A DNA stretch of 64,000 nt from Pavona decussata (taxonomy: Eukaryota), in the NCBI GenBank assembly GCA_977016875.1, contig CDRNST010000104.1, positions 3,348,001-3,412,000 of the forward strand, in the 5' to 3' direction. Made by a program: the position numbers and the translations under genes. The notes beneath the pieces are model-generated. The model saw only the letters and a list, made by a program, of their open reading frames with translations. It was not told the DNA's origin and did not search any database. This document shows positions 1 through 13,971 of this stretch, one piece after another (within the stretch, counting starts at the first letter, position 1; the number at the start of each line of letters is the position of its first letter).

Positions 1-2072
1 GTCCTGGTACAGCTTTATGACTAATACGGCTTTTAAAGCCTTCTAATTTACTTGGGGACGGGAGAAACGCGAAAAAGGGCGGGAGGCGGGAGGCAAAGGT
101 ACGGGAGGCGGGAGGTTCCGACCCCCCTGTCCCCCCCCCCCTACAGTGACGGCAAAGGGTCGAAAAGAAATGTACCACAAAGTGTGATGCAAGTGCAAAG
201 TTATTGTTTTGCTTACTACATCTGCTCTTTTTTTGATGTTCTCAACTTGCTTCCCCCCCCCCCTCCCAATCCCAGTTGTTTTAGCCTGACTACGGGCCTG
301 TTAAAACAATTCTTCCCGTCCCCCACCCCTTCCCTAGTGCCTGCTGCCATATCTCAGTGACAATCTAACTAATTTGCATATTTGCTGTCACGCAACATTG
401 TTAGACATGTCTGAATCTTTCCGATTTCTTCTCTTCCCGTCGATAATGGATAAAAGGAAGCGAGGGGAAAACAGAAATCTTTCTGATAAAGCAAGATAGG
501 AGCATTATTGAAGGCCTTGAAGCTGCAATTGGCAGTTTGCCCGTCGCATCGGGTTGTTTGCACGGGCAGTTTGATTCCGCCAAACGATGTCGTGGTCGAA
601 ATTAGCCAACTTTAACGACCTTTTGTGAAACTCTCAATGGAGAACCCAGCCTGATATTAAGGTATGAAGTACATCAAGGCAATTGTTACTGAAAGCCAAA
701 GTGTGAGAATATTTCGAGTTATACCACATACTAAAATGTGTGCTTGACCTTTGGCACCACATTACAGAGTTCGCCAGCTGTAAAAATATGTCGCAGGTTT
801 TAAATTGTTTAAATTTGCCAGATAACATTAGAACCACAAATTCATCGGTTATCATATCAGAAAGAGATTGTCTTTCGATATAAGGAATCCCGATTGTCGT
901 ACGCTTCTTCTAAAACAAACGCCGAGACAATTAAAAGTGGTGATTTTCCGGTTTTAAATTCAATCAATTTTCAGGTCACAAGGCTTCGATCGATTTTCCT
1001 GATTTTCTCAAAACGCAAATGTTTCTGGCCAATTTAAGCCACACCATGATTCTTACTTTAGTAAAACCTTATTATGGACAAAAGATGAAAGAAATCGACT
1101 CTGCTAAGTTTCGCCAGAAAATTCAGATTTTGCTTGATTTTTCCTGACCGCCGCTCTTAAATAACTTATGAGATAAGGCAATTAAATAACCCTCAACGTA
1201 AAGATGGATCAATAAACATCAAGCTTTCGTTCTACTGTCTTTTGCCCATCCCACTTGAGCTTACTCAGTGATGCGATATCGGAATTCACACAGCATGGTT
1301 AAATGTGTAAGAAGAAAGGAAATGTTTAGTTTTTAATGATTAAACCACTTCAACTATTCACGAAAAAAGAGAATCATACTAGGTAGTTCATCTAGTTAAG
1401 AAGCTAGCTGGTCCATCGAGGATTACTATCGTTGTATTTTGTTACTTTTGCAGGTACCCTTTTATTAAAGGCATATAATTTGAGAGAAGCACCTCGACAC
1501 TTACTGCTTTCTTAAAGCAGACAAAAAGGAAGCAAAGTATATCAATCGAATGACGATTAGTCTTAAGAACACTGCATCTTCACACAGTATGGTAGTTTTC
1601 CTTCTCAATCCAATCAATTTTAACGAAAACAAACAACCAGAACAATTAATTTACAACCAATAACTTTTGAAATAGATATTAGCACAGGCTCCATAACCAA
1701 GAAAAAAATAACAATTGTAGTAAAACTATAGAATTTGAAATAATCATCTAATATTTCTTCTTATCTGACTGTTTTAGGACATATTTCAAGTTTAAATTAA
1801 TGACGAAGTGATAGTACACTTGACGTGTATGATGTCAGGCAGTTCTTTAAAGAAAGTACCTGATCTGAGGCAACAGCTGCAGTTCTCTACTTTTCTTAAT
1901 TAATATAGTATCCTCTTCCTTTGAGCAGAGAAACAGGATTGGAGGAATTCACCGACGTATCGAGAGGTCACCAGCTTTGGGTGCATTGACTCGAGAGCAA
2001 TTACATCATCAGGGTTAGATCTTAATAGCCAGATTCATAGGTTTGTTTTCTTGGAGCTTAAATTGTGTCACC

Positions 2073-3512
2073 ATGAAGGCGACAAAGTTTCTTTGCCTCT
2101 TTGTTTTCTTAACCAGCGTTTCCTTACTGGTAGAAGCAAAGTCAATTCAATCACAGAAAGGTAAGTGTATCATTTTGAAATGAGCGGAAGTCTGTCACTT
2201 TTTATAGAGCGCAAGAGAGAGCGAGTTACTAGATTTCTGGATTTTCTCATGCTTGCTTTCGTTGAATAGGTTGCCTGTTTTCAATTACGAGTCAGTCTTA
2301 ACGAATATCTAATAACGCTTCTAAAATTTTTGTGTGTTTTCAATTGGCTCAAATATTAAACGAGTCTCCTTTATTACCATAAGAACGAGCTGGTATCCGC
2401 GTGTTGAACAACGTTCCAATTAATTGTTTTGTAGGCGATTAATATCTAATAACAAAGCGTGGTCAATGTTCTAAGTGTGTTGCAAAGTTATTACTCTCTA
2501 TGGTTGCAGTGATTTCTCATCTTACGTTCTTAGCAGTCCCTTTTTGGAAATACCTAAATTCGCAGGAAAAGGACGAATACGAAACTAGGTGGAAGGGGTA
2601 TTAGGCCTACCAACATAAATTGTTTTAGTGTCCAAGTGAGGGGCTAAAACACAAACAACTAGCAGCTTTTCTTTGAAAAAGATACCTTTCAGTTCTGGCT
2701 ATCTTTTAACTGCTGGTAAATTTACAGAAATTTGTGGTTATCAATACAGTATACTTCAATCTCTTGCAGATGGGTTAAAAAATCTGAAGTCAAAGGAAGA
2801 GGTGGACAAAGAGCAACATAACCAGTTAGTACAAGAAGAATCAGAATCGCCAAGCAAGGAACGCGAATCCGAAGATGGTTAGTACGTACTAACCTTAAGA
2901 ATGGTCGAAAAGTTACAAATCGTCCAACTAACCCAGCGCTAAGATAAAATATCACGGACGTACTTAGAATTACAGGGGTATTAAACTAGTTACACATGTC
3001 TCGCAAGGCGTCAATAAACCAAGATTTATTACACCTCAACAATAGCAACAGACGTATATTATATAACAATGATGCAACCAGAATTCCAACCTTTCCCACC
3101 AGAATAAAGGGCGGGAGGACCGCGGAGTGGGGTTGGTGAACGAAGAATTGAGTTGTAACATTTACTTGANNNNNNNNNNNNNNNNNNNNNNNNNNNNNNN
3201 NNNNNNNNNNNNNNNNNNNNNNNNNNNNNNNNNNNNNNNNNNNNNNNNNNNNNNNNNNNNNNNNNNNNNNNNNNNNNNNNNNNNNNNNNNNNNNNNNNNN
3301 NNNNNNNAAGCTATTTACAAGTTTAAAGTTCTATTTTAAAATATCTAACTCACAGAAAATTTGCTAAGAAAGGTTTGACGCATTAAAAAGATAATTAACA
3401 ACAAAGCTTAAATTATGCCAGAAAATCACCCAGCAAAAATTCAGAGCGTGACAGCATCTCGTTTCTTCCAAAATCAATGGACACACGCTTGGCCAGCGTT
3501 TAGGCGGCAGTC

Positions 3513-3595
<83 letters not shown>

Positions 3596-4969
3596 TTTAT
3601 TGAAGCGTCAAAGTATTTAGTCCTGTGGACTAATCGGGGAGAAAAAAAAAAAAAAAACAACTCAGATAATAGATAAAACTATGTACAATCATGCTAAAAC
3701 TACCTTAAAAATTCGAAAACAAATTCATACATCCTATGGTGCAAGTATAAATCTATGCAGTTCTAAATTTACAACTATAAAATGAATAAAATTCAAGTGG
3801 AACAAAGGTTACAACAGTTATCGTTTTTGTTCAGGATTGCATCAAGTATCCGCAGATTTCTTTTAAAACTTTGTAGACTTGGTGACTCTCTAATATATAA
3901 CATCAATTCAGTCCATACGTATGGTCCCAAGAATCGTATTGAGTGTTTTCCGTAACAAACCGTGTTGTACTGCGGGATAATAAAATCAAAGTTCCTACGG
4001 AAATTGGTCACAGAACGCAACGATAGTGCTCCGGATGCCCTTTAAGTAGGCCCCTATCTACCTCGTGAGATCGAGAATTATTGCATCACTATAGTCAAGC
4101 AAATACTGTTGCAATTAGTCGCACACGTAATTTAGCTCAATTCATCTTAAATTGCTCGCCGCTGTTTAATAGCATCATTTTTTGTCAATACTGGGTATCT
4201 TGACATAAGCCTATTGACCGATTAGCTCTTTCGTAATCTTAAAGTCTACTGGGCTTTGAGATATGCTCAATTTAAATAAGTAATATTTCATACTCCTTTT
4301 ACAGATACCAAAAAGACAGCAGATGCCAACAAATGCACTTGCGAAATAGTAGCAGAAGACAACCAGAAGAAATATAAATGTGCAGAAAGATGCGACTGTT
4401 CCAAACAAGATTCCACAAAGTGTCAGAGTGACAAAAAGAGTTGTAATTGCAATCCAAGGAGTAAGACGGGAAAAGCTACCAAGTCGAGGGATTGCCAGTG
4501 CAAGAAAGCCGGAGAAAGGTCATGTGAGGATGGTAATATCAGCAATGCCACTAAGAAAAGCAACTGTCGATGCAGCCAACGTTCCAATGCACAACAAGCA
4601 GCGCTTGCACAAATGTCAGATGATCCGGGTATCTTAGCAGTCGCGCCACTGTCTCCGCAAGCAGCGGGCTGCCAGGGGATGCGAAAAGGAAAGGGCTCCA
4701 AGAAATGTTGCTGCTGCGACTGCTGCCATGATTGCTGCTGCCACGATTGTTGCTGCCACGATTGCTGCTGCCCTTGCTGCTGCTGCCACTGCTGCGAACC
4801 GTGTTGCTGCTGCTGCCACGAGTGCTGCTGCCCATGTTGTTGCCACTGCTGCCATTGCTGCCCTTGCTGCTGCCATTGCTGCTGTAAGAAATCGAAAGAT
4901 GCCCCTCTAAATCCTCAAGCGATCAACCCACTGATAGCTCAAGCTCAGGCCAAACCCCAGCATCACTGA
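2073..4969 (+). CDS. Secreted Cys/His-rich preproprotein (~286 aa); exons 2073-2160, 2770-2877, 4305-4969
   Basis: Exon 1 is MKATKFLCLFVFLTSVSLLVEAKSIQSQK (signal-peptide-like) followed by G|GTAAGT. Exon 2 is an acidic/charged spacer (TTGCAG| ... G|GTTAGT). Exon 3 (TTTTACAG|) encodes a CxC-repeat region, then KK-CCCCDCCHDCCCHDCCC...CCC-KKSK and is in frame with ORF 4613-4969. Both introns are phase 1. An N gap in intron 2 could hide an extra exon. Confidence 0.8.
3170..3307. other. Assembly gap (N run)
   Basis: Run of n characters. Confidence 1.
3513..3594. repeat. (TAA)n microsatellite, probably the 3' tail of the adjacent LINE fragment
   Basis: Perfect ATA/TAA repeat, next to a minus-strand AATAAA. 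Confidence 0.9.
3595..4020 (-). mobile_element. 5'-truncated non-LTR retrotransposon 3' end (CR1/L2-group-like ORF2 C-terminus)
   Basis: ORF 3793-4020 reads YGKHSIRFLGPYVWTEL...IRESPSLQSFKRNL, typical of the end of an RT ORF2, followed by a 3' UTR and simple-repeat tail. Confidence 0.7.
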
Positions 4970-7527
4970 AGGCAATCATCCTATGCCGAAAGTCACCTTC
5001 TTGGTTGCATAACCTTGTCTTTTAACAAAATAATTCCAACAAAAACTCTGTCATTGCCACAATATTATGAAGAAAATAACATTGCTAATGTAAAGTGGAA
5101 TAGCAGTTGAAAATAAAAAAAATAATCATTGTTCTTCAAATTTTGTCGGATTGTACGTATACTAAGGCATATAAGAAGGCAGCTATTGAGAAATAATTCC
5201 TTGTTGGTTTTGAAAATGGTACCTGAACACAGGCATTTCATTGAAAATACCCACAAAACAAGTTTTGTTCACTACCACAAATAGTTTTAAGAATTTACAG
5301 CCCGATAATTTCACAGATTTTGTCCAATGAATAAAAATTGTGCCGACAATGAAAGTTTGTACAAAGTGCTCACGTTATTTTCCCTATCTGAGCGTGATGG
5401 CATTCAATATAATAATGCGGAAATACCTCAATTTAATTTAACCTTTTACCCCATTTTAAATGTGAATTAGGGAGAAACGAAGACTCGGAAAAAATCCGAG
5501 TCTGAACCCACGACCCTCCGTGATCTATATATATTATTACATTTCGCTATTTTCAACAAATAATCAGGAAAAGATTTAAAATGTGACATTGTCGTAGAAC
5601 TGCTGGAGTGCGGTACTCAGTTGAATTAGGCAATCTACGCAAAAAAATAAGACGTATACAAGGCCTTTAAAAATATCAAGCTAATGTTTTCCTGCAATTG
5701 AAGCAAACAGTTGGGTTGTTTTGATTGCAAGAAGAAATTCAGGAATTGCAAATACGAAAAAATAATTCAAAACAATTAAACAGAAATGGCCACTGGAATA
5801 ATATTAATTCTTGATCCAAAGTTTACTTTTTTCTTGTTTCTTGTTTTCGAATTGGTTGCATGTTCCTTGAAAAATTAAAATGACCAATTCTAAATTCTAA
5901 GTCACAGTTGCTAGTCCCGTCAAAAATGGACTTTAGTGATGGAAATTTTTCAGTGAACCTTGAACAAGTGTCGTCAAAAAGGTTTGCATCGATTGTTTGA
6001 CTGCTTGGGTAATAACAGGTGTGTGATACGGTAATTGGTCTTACTGGTGGCAGGTTTATGGGTCACTGTCTTCGTACGCGTCAATTTTACATGGTGAATT
6101 GTTCAACACTTGCTGAAATAAATGAAAATGAAAATACCGGAAACCAAATTTGTTGAAGAAATGAAACAATAGCCTGGATACATAAACAATAACAAAACGT
6201 CTCACAGTTCAACAACACTGATTTTAAATATTTCTCATTTCTTCTCATTGTTTGGGTGTAGAACAGCAAAACTTGATAATACTAGTGAGACTTGAGACAA
6301 ATCTAGCAAATCATTACCTGTACAAAGGTTTGCAGACACGTATTTCCAGAGAACCTTAGCAATTTAGTTAAATTAATGACTTAGATTATCTTGACAGATA
6401 ATTTAAAGAATTTTCAGTTGAAAGATTTACAATAAAGGTGAGGTTAAAAAAGAAGAAGGAAAAAAAAAAAAACGTATGAGAGACCGATTTTCCTCATGGT
6501 CCTTTTTTTTTTTTAATAAGCGGCCCACACTGTTTATTCACTACTTCAATCTTGCTGTTAGTTTGGCTTGATTGTCCACTTTTTCTTGACTTCGTAAACC
6601 AATAGTTTTAAATTCACCTCAACTTATTGATGATTTAAAGTTTAAAGTGCTATTTGTTTGCTATGAGAAGAACAAAAGATTATTTGTTTAGCGCATTGAA
6701 TAAGTTCAATATTGTTTCTCGCCGGAGGTGTGCATGCCTTTGCTGTGTCTTCTGGTAATTGCCATTTTCTTGTGATCAAGTGTTCGTATAACACACATCA
6801 ATCAAAACTTCTGACCTCTTAGGTTTTATTCCAAACGTGGCTTCTCGCAAATAAAACAATACATATTGTTCGATTTCATGGAAATTTTCTAATTTTCGCG
6901 TTAAGCAAACCTCCCCCCATTTAGCAAAGTTTATGAATATGTTGATCCCGTTTTGTGGTAAAATTGTCACACGCCGTTGATTTTAAAACAAAGAGATAAA
7001 TAGAATCCTCTTTCGAATACACGCAGGTGTTGGGTGGTGCATTCAGGTGTTCTGTTTAATGCTTGAATTGATAAGAAAAAAGACTTTTGAAAATTTAATG
7101 AGATATAACTCAAGTCATTATTTACATCGAAACAAAGCCACATTGATTGCTGTTTTTTCTTTTCCCAATGTTATTTTAAACGTAAGAACCTTCTGCTTCC
7201 ATTGTGAACAACGGGAAAAACAACAAAAAGCAGTTTGTCGAATAAAGAACTTTACTGAATCCAAATATGGTGATAATGAGGTTTCACCTTTTTACCAATG
7301 ACCAATCATCCAATAGAATGCACAGAAAAGTAATCACACAATAGAACACCTCAACCAACCAGATTTGAGATAGTAAATATTTTAAATCTTACCTAATTTC
7401 AAGTCATTTTATGGGAATCGCAGCCTATGAGACAATAGATCAGGGTGAGAAGAGCAAGGTACATTGTTGTTGTTTACGATACCTCAATTACTTGCACCTA
7501 AGGCTTAGTGGAAAACAGTAGCTGAAG

Positions 7528-8104
7528 ATGATGAGGACTACCGGTTTATTGGTAGTTTTCACGTTATTTGTCATCCTTCATCAAACGCCTGCAGTTCCTG
7601 TGGCATCCTCTTATAGATTAGAAAATGAAAATGTTATGGAAGTAACGGAAGCCAAGGACAAGAGCGACGAGGCCAGTGACGAGGAGAAGGAGGAAGATGA
7701 CAATGATAAGGAGGAGGAGAAAAACGAAGACACAGACGAAGAGAAAGAAGGAAAAGAGGATGAAGAGAAAAAGGACGATGAAGAATCTAAGGATGTTGAA
7801 GAAAATAAGGAGGATGAGGAGAGAAAAGACGACGAGGAGGCCAAGGATGACGAAGAGAAAAAGGACGATGAAGAAAGCAAGGACGATAAGGAGGAGGACG
7901 GGCAGGAACCTGACTTAAATGAGGAGCAAAATGATGAGTCTTCTGGCGAGGAAAGTGTTGATCTTGACTCTGATCACCTTGTACTTCAAGGAAGTGGTAG
8001 CGGCAAAATCAAAGGAGTCGTGATTGAAGACTCAGAGAAAGAGAAGGATAAGCCCGAGAAGCGATCAGTAGTTGATCAGAAGAAGCCTTCAAAGGCCACG
8101 CAAG
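7528..8104 (+). CDS. Leader exon: signal peptide plus Asp/Glu/Lys-rich prodomain (192 codons + 1 nt); candidate common 5' exon of the cassette array
   Basis: MMRTTGLLVVFTLFVILHQTPA is a hydrophobic signal, followed by DDEEKK-type acidic repeats. Ends CAA G|GTAATA (phase 1). Confidence 0.85.
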
Positions 8105-9115
8105 GTAATAATTCCCCTTGTTCTCAATAATAATTGCTTAAGCTTAGGTATAAAAATGGTTTCTCGGGCATCACAGGACGAGCACACATCTTAAGGCTTA
8201 CGAGCAATCAAAAGCTGTTTATATTATCAAGATATGTTGGATTCCTAACAAAGTTCACTTTAAAGGAAGTATATATAGTTGATTTTTATAATTTACTGTT
8301 TAAGAGGAAATATGCCATTATAAAGACTAAGTAATTAATATTTTAAAATAGCTGTCGGGCAATGTCTTGATTGTTATGGCTTCTCATCTTTAAGAGACAA
8401 AACAAAGTAAATCTCAATCCTACGCTTAAGCCTAAAATATCTAAATATGGTTATTAAAAAAATTACGAGCTTTAGTAAAAGTAAAAGGTGTGGAAATAAA
8501 TTTCCCCTTTGTTAATTGAAGCGTGAAAAGATTACAGGTTAACGGCCACCTGCTCCGATGAACAAGAGATGAACTTATCTATATTTTGTTCATCGTGCTC
8601 CAGTTTTCAGGTCAATCAAAAAAAATCTAACCTGATTACGGCAATCACACCTTTTCCCCGCTATGCAATCATATGGTTAATGTAACAGTACTTCGAACTT
8701 CTTCAGGTTTTTCCTCCAAGTGACTAAAAGGTGCAAATCAACAGCCCACTCGATGGGCAAAATTCTAAAAAGCACAGCACAAGTTCCTTAATTCCATGAC
8801 AGCTTAAATTGACGAACAAACAATTTAAGCTTTGAAAATAACAGTTAAATAAATAACAACTTGTCAAAATAATGTTTTCTTAGCCTGGTTATATAGTGAC
8901 TACACCGACAATTTATTAATATCAAAATTAAGTAAGATAGTAGGTTAACCTGGATAATATTCCCCAATAGTGAACAACCACACTGCCAATCCACCTTTTC
9001 CAAGAAAGGAAACTTTCCAAACAATAATTTTAAGGGATAAAGCCTTGCATGAACTAACGTTGTAAATTTGCATGTTATATTTTTGCATGCTGCATGATAC
9101 TACTTGCATGAACAG

Positions 9116-10716
9116 TCCGACAAAAACGTCAGTGTGGTTGTGGTTGCTGCTGCGGTGACCAGCCTGCGCCGGGGAACATCTGCGGTAATTGCTGTGGTGG
9201 CTTTGAGGCCCCCCAGGTTTGTGGAGGTTGTGGTTGCTGCCCATCGCTGAACTTCCCAGTCACGTTTGGAGCATGCGTACCAAATCCGTGCTGCTGTTGT
9301 TGCAAAGAAAAACCAGAAAAAGGCAAATGTCAGTGGCCTTGCATGTGGCCCTGTTGTTGTACATGCACCCCTCCTGTGTTTTCATTCAAGCCTATCGATC
9401 CTAAACCGATTGCCAAATGTCCTGCTTGTCATGGATGCTGCTGTGGATGTAAAAAGAAAAGCACAGGTTTGTAGATTATTTTGCTGTTATTGTTATTGCT
9501 ATGTCTTTGTCTGGTACTGTTGTATCGATTTGATGCGCAGCATAGGCGCATGCAGTATACCATCCTAAACTAACAATGATTATAGTCATTCGCTACAACG
9601 AGAGCTCAAACTTAAACCAAAAAAAATCAAAAATAATTTTGGTCAATACGGGAAAAAACCCACTTAATTGAGAGCGCAACGAACGACGGAGGTGTTTAAT
9701 ACAACCAAACTCCTGCGAATGTGGTGAAAACGTCTACCTTTCGCACTTTTGACCTAAAGAAAGCTGCGAAAACTAACGCGTCTAATTTAAACTTCGCAAA
9801 GTAACATAAGATGACGTAAATGGTTGAAATTAATCCGCTCACAGCACTCAAAATTTGTATAAGGTTTCGCCCTATGCACTGTGATGTGCACTGTGACGCT
9901 CTTTGAGCTATTTAAACTTTATACGATATAACAAAACAAATCTGTCAATTATATAACGGAGAGCAATGACAAAGATCCATATTAAAACCGAAATATATGT
10001 CCACCGCACGCAGTTATAAGAAAATTTAAGCTTTCTACTCATGACTAAATTCGTAAACGAAACGACTTTACTCACCAAGTTCTGATGTGCCTCGATTTAA
10101 ACTCTGGGAAGTCAACCGAAGTCTAGTTTAAAAGATTTGACAGTTTGTTTGTTTAGGGAATGACCAAGCTAGCGCAACGAAAAACGCGCGAAAAACGATA
10201 CGCATTCACCTTATTTAACGCATTACTTCTACAGCTGGTGAAAAAAACCGGATACTCGTAATTTGATTGGCTTACGCCACTTGATAACCTCTTTGAGGTT
10301 TAGATATCAATATCCCTAATTTGCAAGAGGAAGAAACAAACTGAAGATACCATCGTGAATTTGGCCAAACGGCAGACATTTTGACGTAGTCAAGGATTGT
10401 AAAGACATCAGAATGATCTCCTGATCAAATCACCTGTACATTTCGGTGTCTTCATTTATTTATGTACAAACACCATAGTTTACTGAATGTGATATAACTA
10501 ATCACAAGACTTATTCCTAACACCGCAGGTCCTTCCAAGAGAAATGCCATTGAAAAGCGTTGCGGATACGGCTGCGGTGACTGTGGTGGCTTTGGCTTTG
10601 GCTGTGGCTATGGCTTAGGCTATGGTTATGGACCTTATGGTGGATCCCCTTATGGTTATGGACCTTTTGGTGGATATGGAGGATACTTCCATGGTGGCCC
10701 TTTCCCATTTTACTAA
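9116..10716 (+). CDS. Cassette 1: Cys-rich WPCMWPCCC-domain exon 9116-9466 plus Gly/Tyr-rich terminal coding exon 10529-10716 (371 aa with leader)
   Basis: AACAG| (V)RQKR-QCGCGCCC...CGNCCGGF...FPVTFGACVPNPCCCCCKEKPEKGKCQWPCMWPCCCTCTPPVFSFKPIDPKP...KKKST G|GTTTGT, then CCGCAG| GPSKRNAIEKR-CGYGCGDCGGFGFG...GPFPFY*. Probable UTR exon from 11936 with AATAAA at 12239. Missed by the ORF track in this frame. Confidence 0.85.
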
Positions 10717-11426
10717 GTAAGTGCAAGACGAATATTCTTCTTACATTTCTGAACTTAGGCGGTAAATGTTTACTAAATGATAAAGACATAAGAATAGATA
10801 TGTTTTAGCTTCTTATTTCTGTCGCTCAAAACATAATTAAGGTAAAAAGAAACATTTTTTGAAAACATTTGAAATTCTACTACATTCTTGAAGATGATTC
10901 TCGTTTATAAATTACTTGCTCCAACACAGTATAAAACGCACGCCTGTTTTTGTGCGGCAAATGCCGAGAGCACTTACAAGTTTTCGGGCTTCAAAATCAG
11001 TTGCCTCTTATGAAGCGTGCTTAGCAGGAGTGCCAAAGAAGAAAAGAATTTCAGAGAATAATCACAAAGATCAGGCAAAAGTAGCGACTTTTAGTAAGCC
11101 TACAAATACAAAGGTGACTCAACAAGAAAAAGAGCAGAAGAAGACAGCGTAAAGAGATACAGTTTAAAGAAAATCGTTCTATTTCGTCTTTATCACTTTT
11201 CTTTTTTCTTTCATTCTTTTTTTTTTGTCAATTTGGCACCAGGTATTGCAAGCAGTCGTATTAAGGGGTTTAATTTATCACAAAAATTACGGTTCAGGAC
11301 TTTAAAAAAGGGGCGTTTCCTACATAAGCAAGATGGTTGGATAAGTTTTGGCGAAGATTTAGGTTAGAAAATAGGTTCTGTTTGGGTCACAGAAGAGTGG
11401 TGGCCATAACAAGGGTAGCTTTAATT

Positions 11427-11851
11427 CCGGGGGGGGGGGGTACTCCCTTATAAGAGGCTAATGGGGATGTGCCGATGGATGGGGTTGCACTTTCATGACT
11501 GGAATGACTAGAGTGGGGTTGCATTTTCAATAGAGTTACTAGAATGGGGTCGCACATTTTCGGATTTTTGGTGTAAGAAAATTCTATTAAGTAGGGATTC
11601 AAAATGGTCTCGGTTAAAAAGTTCAGAAAATTGTTGTTTATTAAATGTAACAATCACCTCTCATTACATTCCGTTCTTGAAAGGAGATGCATAAATAGAA
11701 AGTGACTTATTTGGGATCGCGAAAATTACATTTTCCCAAAAAGTGACTAAGATGGGGTCTACATCTGGCCACAAAATAGACTATAATGGGACAGGGGCTC
11801 TGAGAGGCCAGCGGCATATACCCAGCAAAACTGAACCCAAGTACCCCCCGG
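11427..11851. mobile_element. MITE with CCGGGG...GTAC / GTAC...CCCCGG termini and 9-bp TSD GCTTTAATT
   Basis: Short terminal inverted repeats; GCTTTAATT at 11418-11426 and again at 11852-11860. Confidence 0.8.
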
Positions 11852-13971
11852 GCTTTAATTGTAGCTCTTTCCAATTCCTAAACATTGCAGATCGATACAA
11901 CAGGTGTATTGACTTGTCTTTTGCTTTCCTTTCAGGTACCCGGTGACCCACTCAGTAGGTCAACTTGTGAAGAGTTGTTTGAGGCGCAAGCCTTGTTTCG
12001 CCGCTTTTGAGCACAAGACCTTGCATGGAAATGATTATGTTGTAAAAAAGATACAGATTGTAACAAAAAAATCGGTAAACATCGAAAAATATAAATAATC
12101 GTCCAAAGAAAAAGACAAAGACGTCTACATGAATCCGACGAAACTGCGCCTGCTAAAAAATCGTCTTCTTAAAAAGATTTTTCATCGCACAGAATTGCAA
12201 CTTTCGAACACTATAGATCTTCGGGCAACCTGTCAGTAAATAAAAGAAATCAACTTTGTGGTGTCTGTTATTCTCTTCCCATGAATTCAACTTCCTTATC
12301 TATCTAAATTAACTAATTAATGTCTTTTTCAGGAACGCTAAGCTGTTAGTTACTTTACCTTTTGTATGAACAATCCCCCAAGAATCCCACCCTTGATCCA
12401 ACTCTTTCATCAATGGTGACGATTTGTTCATTGCCGTCGGGTGATGAACCAGTGCGGTTCGCTGACAGAAAATCAATTAAGTTAAACGTTATAAGGAATA
12501 TTAAACGGGAAAAATGTACAAGGATATTCTTTTTTAAAGTTATTGTTTATCGGTGTCCATTTTTTTCTGCTGCCGTTTTTCGTTCACATTTACCATGATC
12601 ACGCACTTTCCCACTAAATATGAAATGGTGGTTTTGGCTTCTGGTTCTGGCTTCTGACATTATGAATTGAGGAAAAAAAAAAAAAGCATCGCCCAGAATG
12701 TCATTGTCTTTTGCGACATGCACTTACAGTGCTCGAGTTTTTGAGACACGGCATAATAATTTGCATAGTCAGAACTAGCTTACTGTGATTGGCCTGCAGA
12801 CTAAACAAGTTTTTCTACGACTTCGGTTAAAAACGCTTTTTAAAGCTAATCGGTTGTTAACGAGGTTCTTAGAAAGCAAGCATTACCTGCTAGTTTTGTT
12901 GCTGCTGTTGCAACGTTCTCTTTTTGCGAAGCGAAACTTACGACGAGCGCAAAGCGTTTATATAAGTACATTAAAACTGATGCTCACGCGTTGAAAATAA
13001 AATTATTGAACAGGTGTAATATTCGGTTTATTTTGTGTGTTGGCTTGGAATCAAAAACTCCAAAAAACTCCCTCTGACCACTGGACGGCAAAAAGATAGC
13101 TTAAAGATTTGACAGATCGTGGCAAACGAGAGCGAATGACAATTCAGTCGTGTTCCGATATTGGCAGAGGCGCTGTTGGTCAAGATTTTTCCCCTTCAAT
13201 TAACATTTCATTGTACAGTTAAGTGACAGGTCATTCACAAATCGGACAATGAAGACAGTAGGTGAAACTCAAAGCTAAAAGCTTTCAACTAACTTTTGGC
13301 TATGCTGTTTTCGCAAGAATCCAGTATTGAAAGTAAATTTAGTGGAAGATAATTGTATTTTGCTAAAAATGTACAAATATTGACTCAATTTACGAATTAC
13401 TGAATTTCGGATCCCATTCGGTAGTTTCAAATAAAATAAAAGCTGTTGAAAGCTGCCCTGCCTACGTTTAGTCAAAGCATATAGCGAGCAGTGTAAAATG
13501 TGCAAAATTTGTTGAATTACACTTACAAATTGTCGACGACGATCACCTGAAATATCACAGAAAGGTCGGTTATATTCCCATCTGAGACTGGTCACCTTTT
13601 TCTGCATAATAAGGGATCCAAGAATTGCAACCATTCCGTCCCAGCGAATGTCGGGGCACATCAAATACCGCTTACCCTGGTTTATGCTCGCTAGCTACTC
13701 TTCGTTTATGCTGGTGAGTATGTTGTTACGATCTGCCCTTTCACATTGCTTACAATTGATTTCACTTACTTTGGCAAAACCATAGACAGGGCAGCTTCGT
13801 CAACACCAACAATCCTATTTGCGCACTATATTCTAGCAAATCTGCCACACATTTGTAAGGCAGATAACGAAACTTTGGTAAAACGAAGCTGGCCTGTTTA
13901 TGTGACTCCGTTCTCCATTTCTTCCTTCCTACACGTTACATACAATAAGTCATTTATTCTTATGTTAACAG

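Noticed and set aside
13648-13854. Possible private first exon(s) for cassette 2 (ATG at 13648 to the GTGAGT donor at 13714)
   Set aside because: The ATG frame reaches the donor in phase 0, not the required phase 1, and the phase-1 frame has a TAG. A two-exon rescue is contrived and gives no clear signal peptide. It cannot be fully excluded without transcripts.
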